NCBI GenBank assembly: GCA_964454905.1
Contig: CAYVTR010000001.1
Span: 44,436 to 108,435, forward strand
Direction of reading: 5' to 3'
Length of the DNA: 64,000 bases
DNA from: an uncultured Woeseia sp.
Lineage (GTDB): Bacteria > Pseudomonadota > Gammaproteobacteria > Steroidobacterales > UBA11654
The translations under genes were made by a program, and so were the position numbers. Below the pieces are notes generated by a model. That model was given only the letters and a program-made list of their open reading frames with translations, had not been told where the DNA came from and ran no database searches. Shown here piece after piece: positions 10,169 through 19,525 of the stretch (the first letter of the stretch is position 1; each line of letters begins with the position of its first letter).

Positions 10169-11338
10169 ATGAATTTACACGAATATCAGTCAAAAGAACT
10201 ATTTTTGAACGCAGGCATACCTGTTCTTAAGGGAGCTATGGCGGCAAGCTCAGTCAAGGCAAAGTCTATCGCTGAGCAACTGGGCGGTGACACTTGGGTT
10301 ATTAAGGCACAGGTTCATGCAGGAGGTAGAGGTAAAGCAGGCGGTGTAAAAATAACCAACGATATTAATGAGGTAGAGAGTATTGCATCTTCTATGTTGG
10401 GCTCTAATCTGATTACAAAGCAAACTGATCAGAAAGGATTGCCAGTTGATTCTGTCTATGTTGAATGTGGAACAGAAATAAGATCTGAGTTCTACTTAAG
10501 TCTACTTATAGATCGAGCCAAAGAATCTTGGACCTTTATTGCTTCTTCTGAAGGAGGAGTGGATATAGAGGCTGTTGCAGATAAAACACCAAACAAAATT
10601 CTCAAATACACTGTTAATCCTATCGATGGTTTGAGTGAAACTGAATTATCTCATATGGCCACAGAACTTGGCTTTATGAGTCAGACGGTCAGAGAATTTA
10701 TTGACATCACAACTAAACTTTTTGTATTAGCAAAAAAGACAGACGCTAATTTAATTGAAATTAACCCTCTTATTATTAATTCAGCTGGCCATCTTATTGC
10801 CTTGGACTCTAAAATAAGCATTGATAGCAATGCTCTTTTTAGACAAGAAGTATTGATGCATTATAAAGATCCTAATCAGGAAAATGCACTTGAAGCTAAA
10901 GCCACAGAGAATGATTTAAGTTATGTTTCATTGGATGGAGATATTGCTTGCATGGTTAATGGGGCAGGTTTAGCAATGGCGACGATGGATTTAATTAAAC
11001 TGCACGGTGGAGAGCCTGCTAATTTTCTTGATGTTGGTGGGGGCGCAACCACAGAAAGAGTAAAAGTTGCATTTGAGATTATCATGGAAAACCCTAATGT
11101 TGAGGGCATCCTTATTAATATTTTCGGAGGCATCGTTAGATGCGATGTTATTGCAAGTGGTATTATCGAAGCTTTAAAGGAATCTAATATTGATTTTCCG
11201 ATTGTTGTTAGGTTGGAAGGTACTAACGTAGATTTAGCTAAAACCATGTTAGCTGAAGCAGGGTCAAAAATAATATCAGCAGATGACCTTACTGATGCCG
11301 CCATAAAAATTGTTCAATCAGTAAAGGGATCATTATGA
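10169..11338 (+). CDS. sucC: Succinyl-CoA synthetase beta subunit
   Basis: 389 aa. [13 protein letters not shown]-terminus, ATP-grasp fold, and GGGATTERV plus [10 protein letters not shown] blocks. Confidence 0.97.
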   Translation: MNLHEYQSKELFLNAGIPVLKGAMAASSVKAKSIAEQLGGDTWVIKAQVHAGGRGKAGGVKITNDINEVESIASSMLGSNLITKQTDQKGLPVDSVYVECGTEIRSEFYLSLLIDRAKESWTFIASSEGGVDIEAVADKTPNKILKYTVNPIDGLSETELSHMATELGFMSQTVREFIDITTKLFVLAKKTDANLIEINPLIINSAGHLIALDSKISIDSNALFRQEVLMHYKDPNQENALEAKATENDLSYVSLDGDIACMVNGAGLAMATMDLIKLHGGEPANFLDVGGGATTERVKVAFEIIMENPNVEGILINIFGGIVRCDVIASGIIEALKESNIDFPIVVRLEGTNVDLAKTMLAEAGSKIISADDLTDAAIKIVQSVKGSL

Positions 11339-12204
11339 GTGTCTTAGTTAATGCCTCTTCAAAAATAATATGTCAGGGGATTACTGGTTCCCAAGGTACT
11401 TTCCACACTGAGCAGTGTATTGCATATGGCACACAGATAATTGGTGGAGTTACTCCAGGGAGAGGCGGCCAAGAACACTTAGGAGTTCCTGTTTTTAATT
11501 CTGTGAGAGAGGCAAAAGAGAGTATAGAGTTTGAGGTTAGTATGATCTTTGTTCCACCTAAATTTGCAGCAGACGCGATAATAGCGGCTGTTGAAGCTGA
11601 GGTTGGATTAATTGTTTGTATTACAGAAGGTATACCTGTGCAAGACATGATTGAGATTAAAGCTTGTTTAAAGAGTTCATCCTCAGTTTTGCTTGGACCA
11701 AATTGCCCAGGCATTATCACACCTGATGAATCTAAAATAGGTATTATGCCTGGTTTTATTCATCAGAAAGGTTCGATTGGAATAATTTCTAGATCAGGAA
11801 CCTTGACTTATGAAGCTGTGCATCAAACGACTAAACATGGTTTGGGTCAAAGCACATGTATAGGGATTGGTGGTGACCCGATTAAAGGTCTAAACTTCAT
11901 TGATTGTTTGAAATTATTTGAATCTGATATTGACACACAAGGTATTGTTTTAGTCGGAGAAATAGGCGGTTCGGATGAAGAAAAAGCAGCTGAATATATA
12001 AAAGAACATGTAACCAAGCCTGTGGTTGCCTATATTGCTGGTGTTTCAGCACCCTCTGGAAAAAGAATGGGACATGCTGGAGCTATTGTTACGGGAACAG
12101 AAGGAACCGCAGACAGTAAATATGAAGCATTTCAAGAGGCTGGCGTTCACACTGTTGAGTCCCCAGCACTCATTGGCGAAAAAATGCAATCAGTTCTGAG
12201 TTAA
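11335..12204 (+). CDS. sucD: Succinyl-CoA synthetase alpha subunit
   Basis: 289 aa. [21 protein letters not shown] and phosphohistidine loop MGHAGAIV. 4-nt overlap with sucC. Confidence 0.97.
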   Translation: MSVLVNASSKIICQGITGSQGTFHTEQCIAYGTQIIGGVTPGRGGQEHLGVPVFNSVREAKESIEFEVSMIFVPPKFAADAIIAAVEAEVGLIVCITEGIPVQDMIEIKACLKSSSSVLLGPNCPGIITPDESKIGIMPGFIHQKGSIGIISRSGTLTYEAVHQTTKHGLGQSTCIGIGGDPIKGLNFIDCLKLFESDIDTQGIVLVGEIGGSDEEKAAEYIKEHVTKPVVAYIAGVSAPSGKRMGHAGAIVTGTEGTADSKYEAFQEAGVHTVESPALIGEKMQSVLS

Positions 12205-12208
12205 ATCT

Positions 12209-12964
12209 TTACCAGATTTTATACCAAGGATCGCTGTCTTCAGCGTCAACAGAAAGATTTGGATCCTTTGATTGATTAGCCAAGTAAATACTTTCTGCTT
12301 GTTCAGCAAGATCTCTCATCCCAAGTTTATCGTAGGCGTTTGCAATGATTTCCAAGGATTGAATGGTAGACGGGGATCCACTGTATTGTTCTAAGGCATA
12401 TTTGGCTCTATTTATAGCCGCGACATAGGCACCTCTTTCCATGTAATGTTGGGCCACATGATTTTCATATTTTGCCAGTCTATTTCTGAGAAAAATCATT
12501 CTTTGTTTAGCATCGCTAACATAGATACTATCGGGGTATCGCCTTATTAATTGTGAAAACACAGAAAAGGCTTCTTCGGTTTTTGTTGGCGGTCGTTTTG
12601 TCAGGTCCACATCAAATATTTCATGATACCATTCATGTTGACCTTCAAATGAAGATAAGCCTCTCATATAAAGTGCGTAATCAACTCTTGGGTGTGTTGG
12701 ATTCTCTTTTTCAAATTGCTTAGCCTCATCAATAGCCTCTTCAAAGGAAGAACTTCGATAATGGGCATAAATTAGATCTAACTGAGCTTGCTTGGCCTGG
12801 TTGCTAAAAGGGAATGAAGTGGTGAGCACTTCTAGGTAACGTGTGGCGTTTCGATAGTTAGCGTTATCAAGAGAAGATTTTGCTTTTTCATAAATAACTT
12901 CAGAAGATGACCTTAGATCTGTTGCTTCATCTTTGCTACAAGCAACGATAAGCAACAGACTCAT
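12209..12964 (-). CDS. bamD: Outer-membrane protein assembly lipoprotein BamD (YfiO/ComL)
   Basis: TPR-like BamD family with lipobox LIVAC. Divergent from rluD as in E. coli. The ATG-defined signal peptide is only 8 aa, so the ORF probably starts upstream at ATT 12997 (see findings). Confidence 0.85.
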   Translation of the reverse strand: MSLLLIVACSKDEATDLRSSSEVIYEKAKSSLDNANYRNATRYLEVLTTSFPFSNQAKQAQLDLIYAHYRSSSFEEAIDEAKQFEKENPTHPRVDYALYMRGLSSFEGQHEWYHEIFDVDLTKRPPTKTEEAFSVFSQLIRRYPDSIYVSDAKQRMIFLRNRLAKYENHVAQHYMERGAYVAAINRAKYALEQYSGSPSTIQSLEIIANAYDKLGMRDLAEQAESIYLANQSKDPNLSVDAEDSDPWYKIW

Positions 12965-13082
12965 TAGAAAAAATATTTTTTGTGTGTTTTTAAAAATTAC
13001 AGTTCCCTTTTATTACCTAGAAAGTTTTATTATGGAATTATAGCCTAAAATAAAATGCCTAGATTTAGGCATAATAGATTAG

Positions 13083-14075
13083 ATGAAAGAAGATGCAATA
13101 GAATTTCTCGTTCCAGCTGAAGATCATAATCAAAGAGTTGATAAGATCGTGACTTCATATCTAAAGGAGTATTCACGTGTAATCATCAAAGATTGGATAG
13201 AAGCAGGAAATATTTTAGTTGATAATCATATAGTTAAACCTAAAACTAAGGTTCATGAAGGGCAGCAGATTATAGTGCACCCTGTGTTAAAGGAACGCAC
13301 TGAGGTCAATCCTCAGAAGATGAATCTCCAGATTATTTTTGAAGATAATGACCTGATCATAGTGGACAAACCACATGGATTAGTTGTTCATCCTGGCCAT
13401 GGTCACCATGAGTCAACTTTGCAAAATGGTCTTTTATATCATCATCCTGAGCTGAAGATATTACCGAGGGCAGGCTTGGTTCATAGATTAGACAAAGACA
13501 CGAGTGGTTTATTAATAGTGGCAAAAAACTCTAACTCTTATAACGCTTTGAACACTGCTTTACAGTCAAGGTTGATAAAAAGAGAGTACCGAGCAATTTG
13601 TATTGGAGAGATGACCAGTGGTGGAACTATTGATGTCAATTTATCTAGGGACCCTAATAACAGAATAAAATATAAAGTATCAAACTTTGGTAAATCTTCA
13701 GTCACGCATTATCGAGTGCTTAAAAAGTTTCAAGGTCACACTTTGATTGGATTGAGATTAGAAACAGGAAGAACACACCAAATTCGAATCCATATGTCTC
13801 ATATTCGCCATGCTATATTAGGTGACCCTCTCTACGGGCAAAGATTAATGATTCCTAAAGGCGCTAGTGAAGACTTAAAAACAATACTTCGGTCCTTTAA
13901 AAGACAGGCTCTTCATGCGTGTCAACTTACATTTCAACACCCCTCTACATCTGAGCTAATCTCTTTCTCATCAAAGCTACCAAAGGATATGGAATCTATT
14001 ATTAAAGAACTATCAGGTAATGAATTGGACGCAGATACAATAAATAATTTGCAGTATCCAGATATTAAAATTTAG
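13083..14075 (+). CDS. rluD: 23S rRNA pseudouridine synthase RluD
   Basis: 330 aa. N-terminal S4 domain and RluA-family catalytic block HRLDKDTSGLLIVAK. bamD/rluD divergent pair. Confidence 0.93.
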   Translation: MKEDAIEFLVPAEDHNQRVDKIVTSYLKEYSRVIIKDWIEAGNILVDNHIVKPKTKVHEGQQIIVHPVLKERTEVNPQKMNLQIIFEDNDLIIVDKPHGLVVHPGHGHHESTLQNGLLYHHPELKILPRAGLVHRLDKDTSGLLIVAKNSNSYNALNTALQSRLIKREYRAICIGEMTSGGTIDVNLSRDPNNRIKYKVSNFGKSSVTHYRVLKKFQGHTLIGLRLETGRTHQIRIHMSHIRHAILGDPLYGQRLMIPKGASEDLKTILRSFKRQALHACQLTFQHPSTSELISFSSKLPKDMESIIKELSGNELDADTINNLQYPDIKI

Positions 14076-14139
14076 AAATTTTGTTGTCTCTATCGTAATA
14101 TACTCGATTTTATTAAGCTGATTATTAGATATAAAAACA

Positions 14140-14454
14140 ATGCCAATATACGAATATGAATGCAAAGAATGTGGCCACCAACTTGATGCTCTTCAGGGCA
14201 TCAATGAGCCGATGTTATCTGAATGCCCAGCTTGCAACACAATATCTTTAAAACGACTAATTTCTGCACCAAACTTTCGATTAAAGGGAGAAGGATGGTA
14301 TGAAACCGATTTCAAAACTAGTAATCGAAAGAACTTAGTAGAGGCAAAAGATGATAGACCTGCAAAGGAAGATAAACCCAAGGAAGATAAAACCAAGGAA
14401 ACACCAAAGAACAATAAAAAAGTTAAAGATAAAACACCCAAAGATAGCGTGTAA
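14140..14454 (+). CDS. FmdB-family zinc-ribbon protein with Lys/Glu-rich tail
   Basis: MPIYEYECKECGH...CPACN is the CxxC-CxxC FmdB zinc-ribbon signature. The C-terminal 40 aa are low-complexity K/E/D. Confidence 0.8.
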   Translation: MPIYEYECKECGHQLDALQGINEPMLSECPACNTISLKRLISAPNFRLKGEGWYETDFKTSNRKNLVEAKDDRPAKEDKPKEDKTKETPKNNKKVKDKTPKDSV

Positions 14455-14472
14455 TGTCATAATTAGAATAGT

Positions 14473-15093
14473 ATGAAAAGATTAAGAAGAATAATTGTAG
14501 CCGGTTTATTAGTTTGGTTACCTTTAGGAATTACAATATTTGTTGTAAAGATTTTGATTGATTTATTAGGCCAAACTTATCTGCTTATTCCTGAAGCATT
14601 AAGACCTGAGAACTTATTTGGCATCACTATTCCGGGTATCGGAATTATCATGGCTATTATAGTTTTATTCGCTACCGGATTGATTGCAGCAAATTATCTA
14701 GGTAAAACATTAGTCGATACCTGGGAGAGATTCCTAGATAAAATTCCATTGGTACGGAGTATCTACTCTCCACTTAAAAAGTTTGCTGAACTAGTTTTAT
14801 CAGATCAGACTCAATCTTTCTCCAAAGTTCTCTTGATTCAATACCCTAGGAAAGGTGTATATAGCTTATGCTTTCAGACATCAAAAGATGTTGGAGAAAT
14901 CAAAGAAAAAAGTGGAGAGAACGTTGTTTGTGTTTTTATTCCAACAACTCCCAACCCAACTTCTGGTTACATTATCATGGTTCCAAAGGATGAAGTTATA
15001 GAGCTAGATATGAGTGTCGAGGATGCCTTAAAAATGATTATATCTCTTGGTGTTGTTGTTCCTTCATCTGACAAAGATCTAACTGAAAGCTAA
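14473..15093 (+). CDS. DUF502 family membrane protein
   Basis: 206 aa, two N-terminal TM helices. Blocks IPGIGIIMAIIVLFATG, KIPLVRSIYSPLKKF and IQYPRKG are typical of DUF502. Confidence 0.75.
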   Translation: MKRLRRIIVAGLLVWLPLGITIFVVKILIDLLGQTYLLIPEALRPENLFGITIPGIGIIMAIIVLFATGLIAANYLGKTLVDTWERFLDKIPLVRSIYSPLKKFAELVLSDQTQSFSKVLLIQYPRKGVYSLCFQTSKDVGEIKEKSGENVVCVFIPTTPNPTSGYIIMVPKDEVIELDMSVEDALKMIISLGVVVPSSDKDLTES

Positions 15094-15101
15094 AAATAAG
15101 C

Positions 15102-16892
15102 ATGAGCAAAGAAAGAACACATAGAAGTCATTACTGTGAAGAATTAAACACCGAACATATTGGTGAGAGCATCACAGTCTCAGGTTGGGTCCATAGAAGA
15201 AGAGATCATGGAGGGGTTATTTTTATTGATTTAAGAGACACTTCGGGCATCCTTCAATTGGTTTTTGATCCATCAAACAAAGAATTATTTGCCGAAGCAG
15301 AAAAGATTCGAAGTGAATATGTACTCTCAGTTTCAGGCAGCATTAGAAATAGGCCCGAAGGGACTGTTAATCCTGACATGGTGACGGGAGAAATCGAGTT
15401 ATTGGTTGAAACAGGTGATGTATTAAACCCCTCATTAACACCTCCTTTTCATCATGATGAATCAGCAAATGAGGACATTAGGTTGAAATACAGATACCTT
15501 GATCTTAGACGCAAAAAAATGTCTAAGAATCTTAAATTAAGACATCAGATTATTAAGACACTAAGAAATTTTCTTGATGCAGATTCTTTTATTGAGATAG
15601 AAACCCCTATATTAACTAAAGCTACTCCTGAAGGTGCTAGAGATTATCTGGTTCCCAGCAGAACACAACACGGTGATTTTTTTGCACTGCCTCAATCACC
15701 TCAATTGTTTAAGCAATTATTGATGATGTCCGGATTTGACAAGTACTATCAGATGGCACGTTGTTTCAGGGATGAAGATTTAAGAGCTGATCGTCAACCT
15801 GAGTTCACACAATTGGACATTGAAATGTCTTTTGTTAATAAAGAACAAGTTAAAGAAGCTATGGAGAAGATGATCAGACATCTCTTTGAAACGATTCTAA
15901 ATTACACATTTGATCAACCGTTTGCTCAAATAACCTATACAGACTCAATGAACCGATTTGGCAGTGATCGACCCCATTTAGGAATTGATATGGAATTGAT
16001 TGAAGTCAGTGATTTAATGCAAGATGTTGAATTTAAAGTCTTTGCTGAGCCCGCTAAAGATAAAGAATCTAGAGTGGCTTGTTTAGTGTTAAAGAATCAA
16101 CCGGATATCAGCAGAAAGCAAATTGATGATTACACAGATTTTGTTGCTAATTATGGCGCCAAGGGACTTGCGTATATTAAAGTTCATGACCATAAGAAGG
16201 GGATAGAAGGAATGCAATCTCCAATATTAAAATTCTTAAGCGAAGACTGTATGGATGCTTTAGCAGACCGTTTAAACTTAGAGAATGGAGACACTATATT
16301 CTTTGGTGCTGATAAATTAGATATTGTTAACGCTTCTCTTGGAGCACTTAGAGAAGAATTAGCAAAAGATTTTAATTTAGTGCAATCTGGCTGGTTTCCA
16401 GTTTGGGTTACTGATTTTCCTATGTTTCACTGGGATTCTAAGGAGAAAAGATGGATGTCAGAACATCATCCATTTACTTCTCCAGTGACTGATAATCCTA
16501 AGGAGCTTACTTCTGATCCAAAAACAGCTGTGTCTTTAGGGTATGATCTGGTGCTGAATGGGAATGAAATTGGCGGAGGTTCAATAAGAATCCATTCTCA
16601 AAAGATGCAATCGGCCGTTTTTGAAATCTTGGGTATTAATGCTGAAGAGGCACAAGAAAAATTTGGTTTTTTCCTTGAGGCTTTAAAGTACGGTTGTCCA
16701 CCACATGGTGGGATAGCTTTTGGTATAGATCGAATAGTAATGCTTATGACTGAATCCACTAGCATTAGAGATGTTATAGCGTTCCCCAAAACTCAAACTG
16801 CAAGTTGCCTATTAACTGAGGCACCCAGCCAAGCTGGCAAGACTCAATTAAAAGAATTAGGCATCGCAGTTAAATCAAAATCTGATTCTTAA
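15102..16892 (+). CDS. aspS: Aspartate--tRNA ligase
   Basis: 596 aa. OB-fold N-terminus (GWVHRRRDHGGVIFIDLRD) and class II motifs (FRDEDLRADRQPEFTQLD, GGGSIRIH, GIAFGIDR). Confidence 0.97.
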   Translation: MSKERTHRSHYCEELNTEHIGESITVSGWVHRRRDHGGVIFIDLRDTSGILQLVFDPSNKELFAEAEKIRSEYVLSVSGSIRNRPEGTVNPDMVTGEIELLVETGDVLNPSLTPPFHHDESANEDIRLKYRYLDLRRKKMSKNLKLRHQIIKTLRNFLDADSFIEIETPILTKATPEGARDYLVPSRTQHGDFFALPQSPQLFKQLLMMSGFDKYYQMARCFRDEDLRADRQPEFTQLDIEMSFVNKEQVKEAMEKMIRHLFETILNYTFDQPFAQITYTDSMNRFGSDRPHLGIDMELIEVSDLMQDVEFKVFAEPAKDKESRVACLVLKNQPDISRKQIDDYTDFVANYGAKGLAYIKVHDHKKGIEGMQSPILKFLSEDCMDALADRLNLENGDTIFFGADKLDIVNASLGALREELAKDFNLVQSGWFPVWVTDFPMFHWDSKEKRWMSEHHPFTSPVTDNPKELTSDPKTAVSLGYDLVLNGNEIGGGSIRIHSQKMQSAVFEILGINAEEAQEKFGFFLEALKYGCPPHGGIAFGIDRIVMLMTESTSIRDVIAFPKTQTASCLLTEAPSQAGKTQLKELGIAVKSKSDS

Positions 16893-16973
16893 ATAAACAA
16901 AAATATTTTCTTTTAATTTTCCTTAAAGATCATTGATAATAGCTTCTATTTTTAAGGACAAGCAACAAACAAG

Positions 16974-17855
16974 ATGTCAACAAACTCCCTAGGTAAAACA
17001 ATAAATCTTATTTATATTGCTGCTAAGGTTCGTTTAGGATTTTTAATTATGGCTTGCACTCTTGCCGGCATAGCTGTTTCACCTTCCTCGACATTAACAC
17101 CTCTTGAAATTCTCTTATTGGCAGTTTGTGTTTTAGTGGCTTCATCAACTTCAGGCGCATTTAACCAATGGTTTGAAAGAGACATTGATTCTATTATGGA
17201 TAGAACGAAAGACAGACCTTTTGTAACCCAACAGCTTCAACCAAGCAATTTATTAAACGTTTGGCTCATTATTATTAGTTGTATCGCACTTTTTTTTACT
17301 TATCGAGTTGCTAATTTAGAAGCCAGCATCTATTTATTTGCAGGGATTTTTACCTATGGAATTATCTACACTGTTTGGTTAAAACGGAAAACATGGATGA
17401 ATATAGTCATTGGAGGACTTGCAGGCACCTTTGCAGTTCTGGTGGGTTCAGCTGCAACAGGTAACACTTTTTCAACAGCGCCCCTTATTTTATCGATCAT
17501 CCTTTTTTTGTGGACACCTCCACATTTTTGGGCTCTGGCTATTTGTTTTAAAGACGATTATGAGAAAGCTTCAGTGCCAATGCTACCTGTTGTAACCAGC
17601 ATTTCGACTACAAGTCATGCCATTTTTTGGCACACTTTATTATTAGTCTTGCTGTCATTCACTCTAATGTTTTACGGCATGCATTGGGTGTATCTAATAT
17701 TTGCATTAACTGGAGGGTTATATTTTCTCTACACCAGTGCTCAATTACTTAGAAAGCAGGACAACAGCTGGGCTAAAAAAACTTTTTTTGCCTCAATAAT
17801 ACATTTAGGTCTACTTTTATTAGGAACCATGTTTGATGCTATGATATTTGCTTAA
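16974..17855 (+). CDS. cyoE: Protoheme IX farnesyltransferase (heme O synthase)
   Basis: 293 aa polytopic UbiA-family protein. NQWFERDIDSIMDRTKDRPF and PPHFWALA blocks are typical of CyoE/CtaB. Confidence 0.85.
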   Translation: MSTNSLGKTINLIYIAAKVRLGFLIMACTLAGIAVSPSSTLTPLEILLLAVCVLVASSTSGAFNQWFERDIDSIMDRTKDRPFVTQQLQPSNLLNVWLIIISCIALFFTYRVANLEASIYLFAGIFTYGIIYTVWLKRKTWMNIVIGGLAGTFAVLVGSAATGNTFSTAPLILSIILFLWTPPHFWALAICFKDDYEKASVPMLPVVTSISTTSHAIFWHTLLLVLLSFTLMFYGMHWVYLIFALTGGLYFLYTSAQLLRKQDNSWAKKTFFASIIHLGLLLLGTMFDAMIFA

Positions 17856-17875
17856 CAAACATTTATCATGATTCT

Positions 17876-19525
17876 ATGAAAACACAGCTTCTGACAGTTC
17901 TCTTAGCCTTAAGTCTCTCGTCTTGTGCAATACAACCTCCGATTCAATTTGATGATGAGAGCTATTCACGTGGTGTTGCTGATGAAGGAGTGAATAGTTC
18001 TGGACCCAGTTTCGTTGATTACGACAATGATGGTGATATGGATATTTATGTTTCTACCGAATACCACGGAGATAATCAGGGTAATCGATTGTTTGAGAAC
18101 AATGGCAACGGTGAATTTATCGATGTTGCCGTTAAGCGGGGGGTTGATAATAAGGGAGGTTTAGGCCGAGGGGCTTCTTGGGGCGATTATGATAATGATG
18201 GTGACATGGATGTCGTGATCTCTAATATGCCCCCTTCAGATCGATCAACTCATGTTCCAACATCATTGTATAAAAATCTTTTAATTGAGACAGGTAGTCC
18301 AAATTTTGAAAATGCTTCAAGAGAAGCAAATTTATTTAGGAAAAACTTTCCTAATGATCAAGAAATAGGCGGTATCGGTAACACTGGTGCAGGGGTGGCT
18401 TGGGCAGACTTTGATAATGACGGCGATCTTGATCTGTATTGGAAGTGTGCAGAATATGATATTGATAACGCTCTTTTTAGAAACAACGGTGACGGCACAT
18501 TCACTGACATTACTGAAGAATCTGGGACCGGCATCTTGGACATGGTGACTGAAGCCAATTCACAGGGTTCTCCTAACTGGACTGATGTTAATCAAGACGG
18601 ATTAATCGATCTTTTGGTGACCAATGAGGGCGATCGAAAAATCATGCTATTAAACCAAGGTGACAGCACTTTTAAAAACATAACAACCTCTTTTAGGCCG
18701 CCTTCAGCTACAGTTTTTCTAAACCCTGGTAATGCCAATGGCGCATGCATCGGGGATATTGATAATGATGGTGATATGGATGTTTTCTTTCCTACCGCTG
18801 ATCAATCAAATCGTTTGTATATTAGTTTGTATAAAGACACGGGCTCAGTTCAGTACAAAGACATCACGTTAACTTCTGGAATAAGTCACAAATCAGGTGC
18901 ACGCGGATGTGCAATGGGTGATTTTGATAATGACGGCTTGCTGGATATTTACGTTAATAACGGAGGATTCCAAGACACACTGATTAATGATGTAATCGAT
19001 TTACCTATATTTGTTCAGTTCTATATAGCTATCGAGCCTGATTACAATAAATTATTCATGAACAATGGTGACCTGACTTTTTCTGACCTGACCAACCGAT
19101 CGAAAACCAAAGGGTTAGGGATTGGCAGTGGGGTCGGAGCTGCTGATATTGATGATGATGGATTTTTGGATTTGTTTTTTACTAACAGGACTTTTTATTC
19201 CTCAGGCAAACAAATCACTCCATCAGACCGTAATTTCTTGCTGAGGAATCAAGGCAATAACAATAATTGGATAAAACTTGATTTAGTGGGTAATGAAAGC
19301 AATAGAAACGGTTATGGAGCCAAGATTAAGTTAGTTTCAGGCTCATTGACTCAGTATCGGGAACACACCAGCGCCCATGGCTATAATTCAGCTAATGATT
19401 ATAGAGTGCATTTTGGTCTTGCAGATAACACCTCAATAGACTTAATAGAAATTCAATGGCCCTCTGGGAAAATTAGTGAATTAAATAATCAGGAGATTAA
19501 TCAAATATTGACTCTAAAAGAATGA
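17876..19525 (+). CDS. FG-GAP/VCBS seven-blade repeat lipoprotein with C-terminal ASPIC/UnbV domain (CRTAC1 family)
   Basis: Lipoprotein signal LALSLSSC. Seven DxDGDxD-type calcium-loop repeats (YDNDGDMDIYV, YDNDGDMDVVI, FDNDGDLDLYW, VNQDGLIDLLV, IDNDGDMDVFF, FDNDGLLDIYV, IDDDGFLDLFF). C-terminal NRNGYGAKIKL...HGYNS...HFGL block of the UnbV/ASPIC type. Confidence 0.8.
   Translation: MKTQLLTVLLALSLSSCAIQPPIQFDDESYSRGVADEGVNSSGPSFVDYDNDGDMDIYVSTEYHGDNQGNRLFENNGNGEFIDVAVKRGVDNKGGLGRGASWGDYDNDGDMDVVISNMPPSDRSTHVPTSLYKNLLIETGSPNFENASREANLFRKNFPNDQEIGGIGNTGAGVAWADFDNDGDLDLYWKCAEYDIDNALFRNNGDGTFTDITEESGTGILDMVTEANSQGSPNWTDVNQDGLIDLLVTNEGDRKIMLLNQGDSTFKNITTSFRPPSATVFLNPGNANGACIGDIDNDGDMDVFFPTADQSNRLYISLYKDTGSVQYKDITLTSGISHKSGARGCAMGDFDNDGLLDIYVNNGGFQDTLINDVIDLPIFVQFYIAIEPDYNKLFMNNGDLTFSDLTNRSKTKGLGIGSGVGAADIDDDGFLDLFFTNRTFYSSGKQITPSDRNFLLRNQGNNNNWIKLDLVGNESNRNGYGAKIKLVSGSLTQYREHTSAHGYNSANDYRVHFGLADNTSIDLIEIQWPSGKISELNNQEINQILTLKE

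Noticed and set aside
10921-11720. Long antisense ORFs within sucC and sucD (10921-11304, 11373-11720) and within secA (6861-7193).
   Set aside because: These are shadow ORFs opposite strongly supported, highly conserved genes, and their products are low-complexity.
13055-13072. Perfect 7-bp hairpin ATGCCTA-gatt-TAGGCAT, 10 bp upstream of the rluD start.
   Set aside because: It is short and isolated, with no T-tract and no recognisable riboswitch or attenuator context. It may affect the rluD leader, but the sequence alone cannot support a call.
17861-17874. ATTTATCATGATTC upstream of the CRTAC1-like gene. It has TTATCA/TGAT half-sites like the operator.
   Set aside because: The half-sites abut (ATCATGAT), so the spacing is two bases shorter than in the operator. 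The right arm is not conserved, so I do not count it as a member of the motif family.
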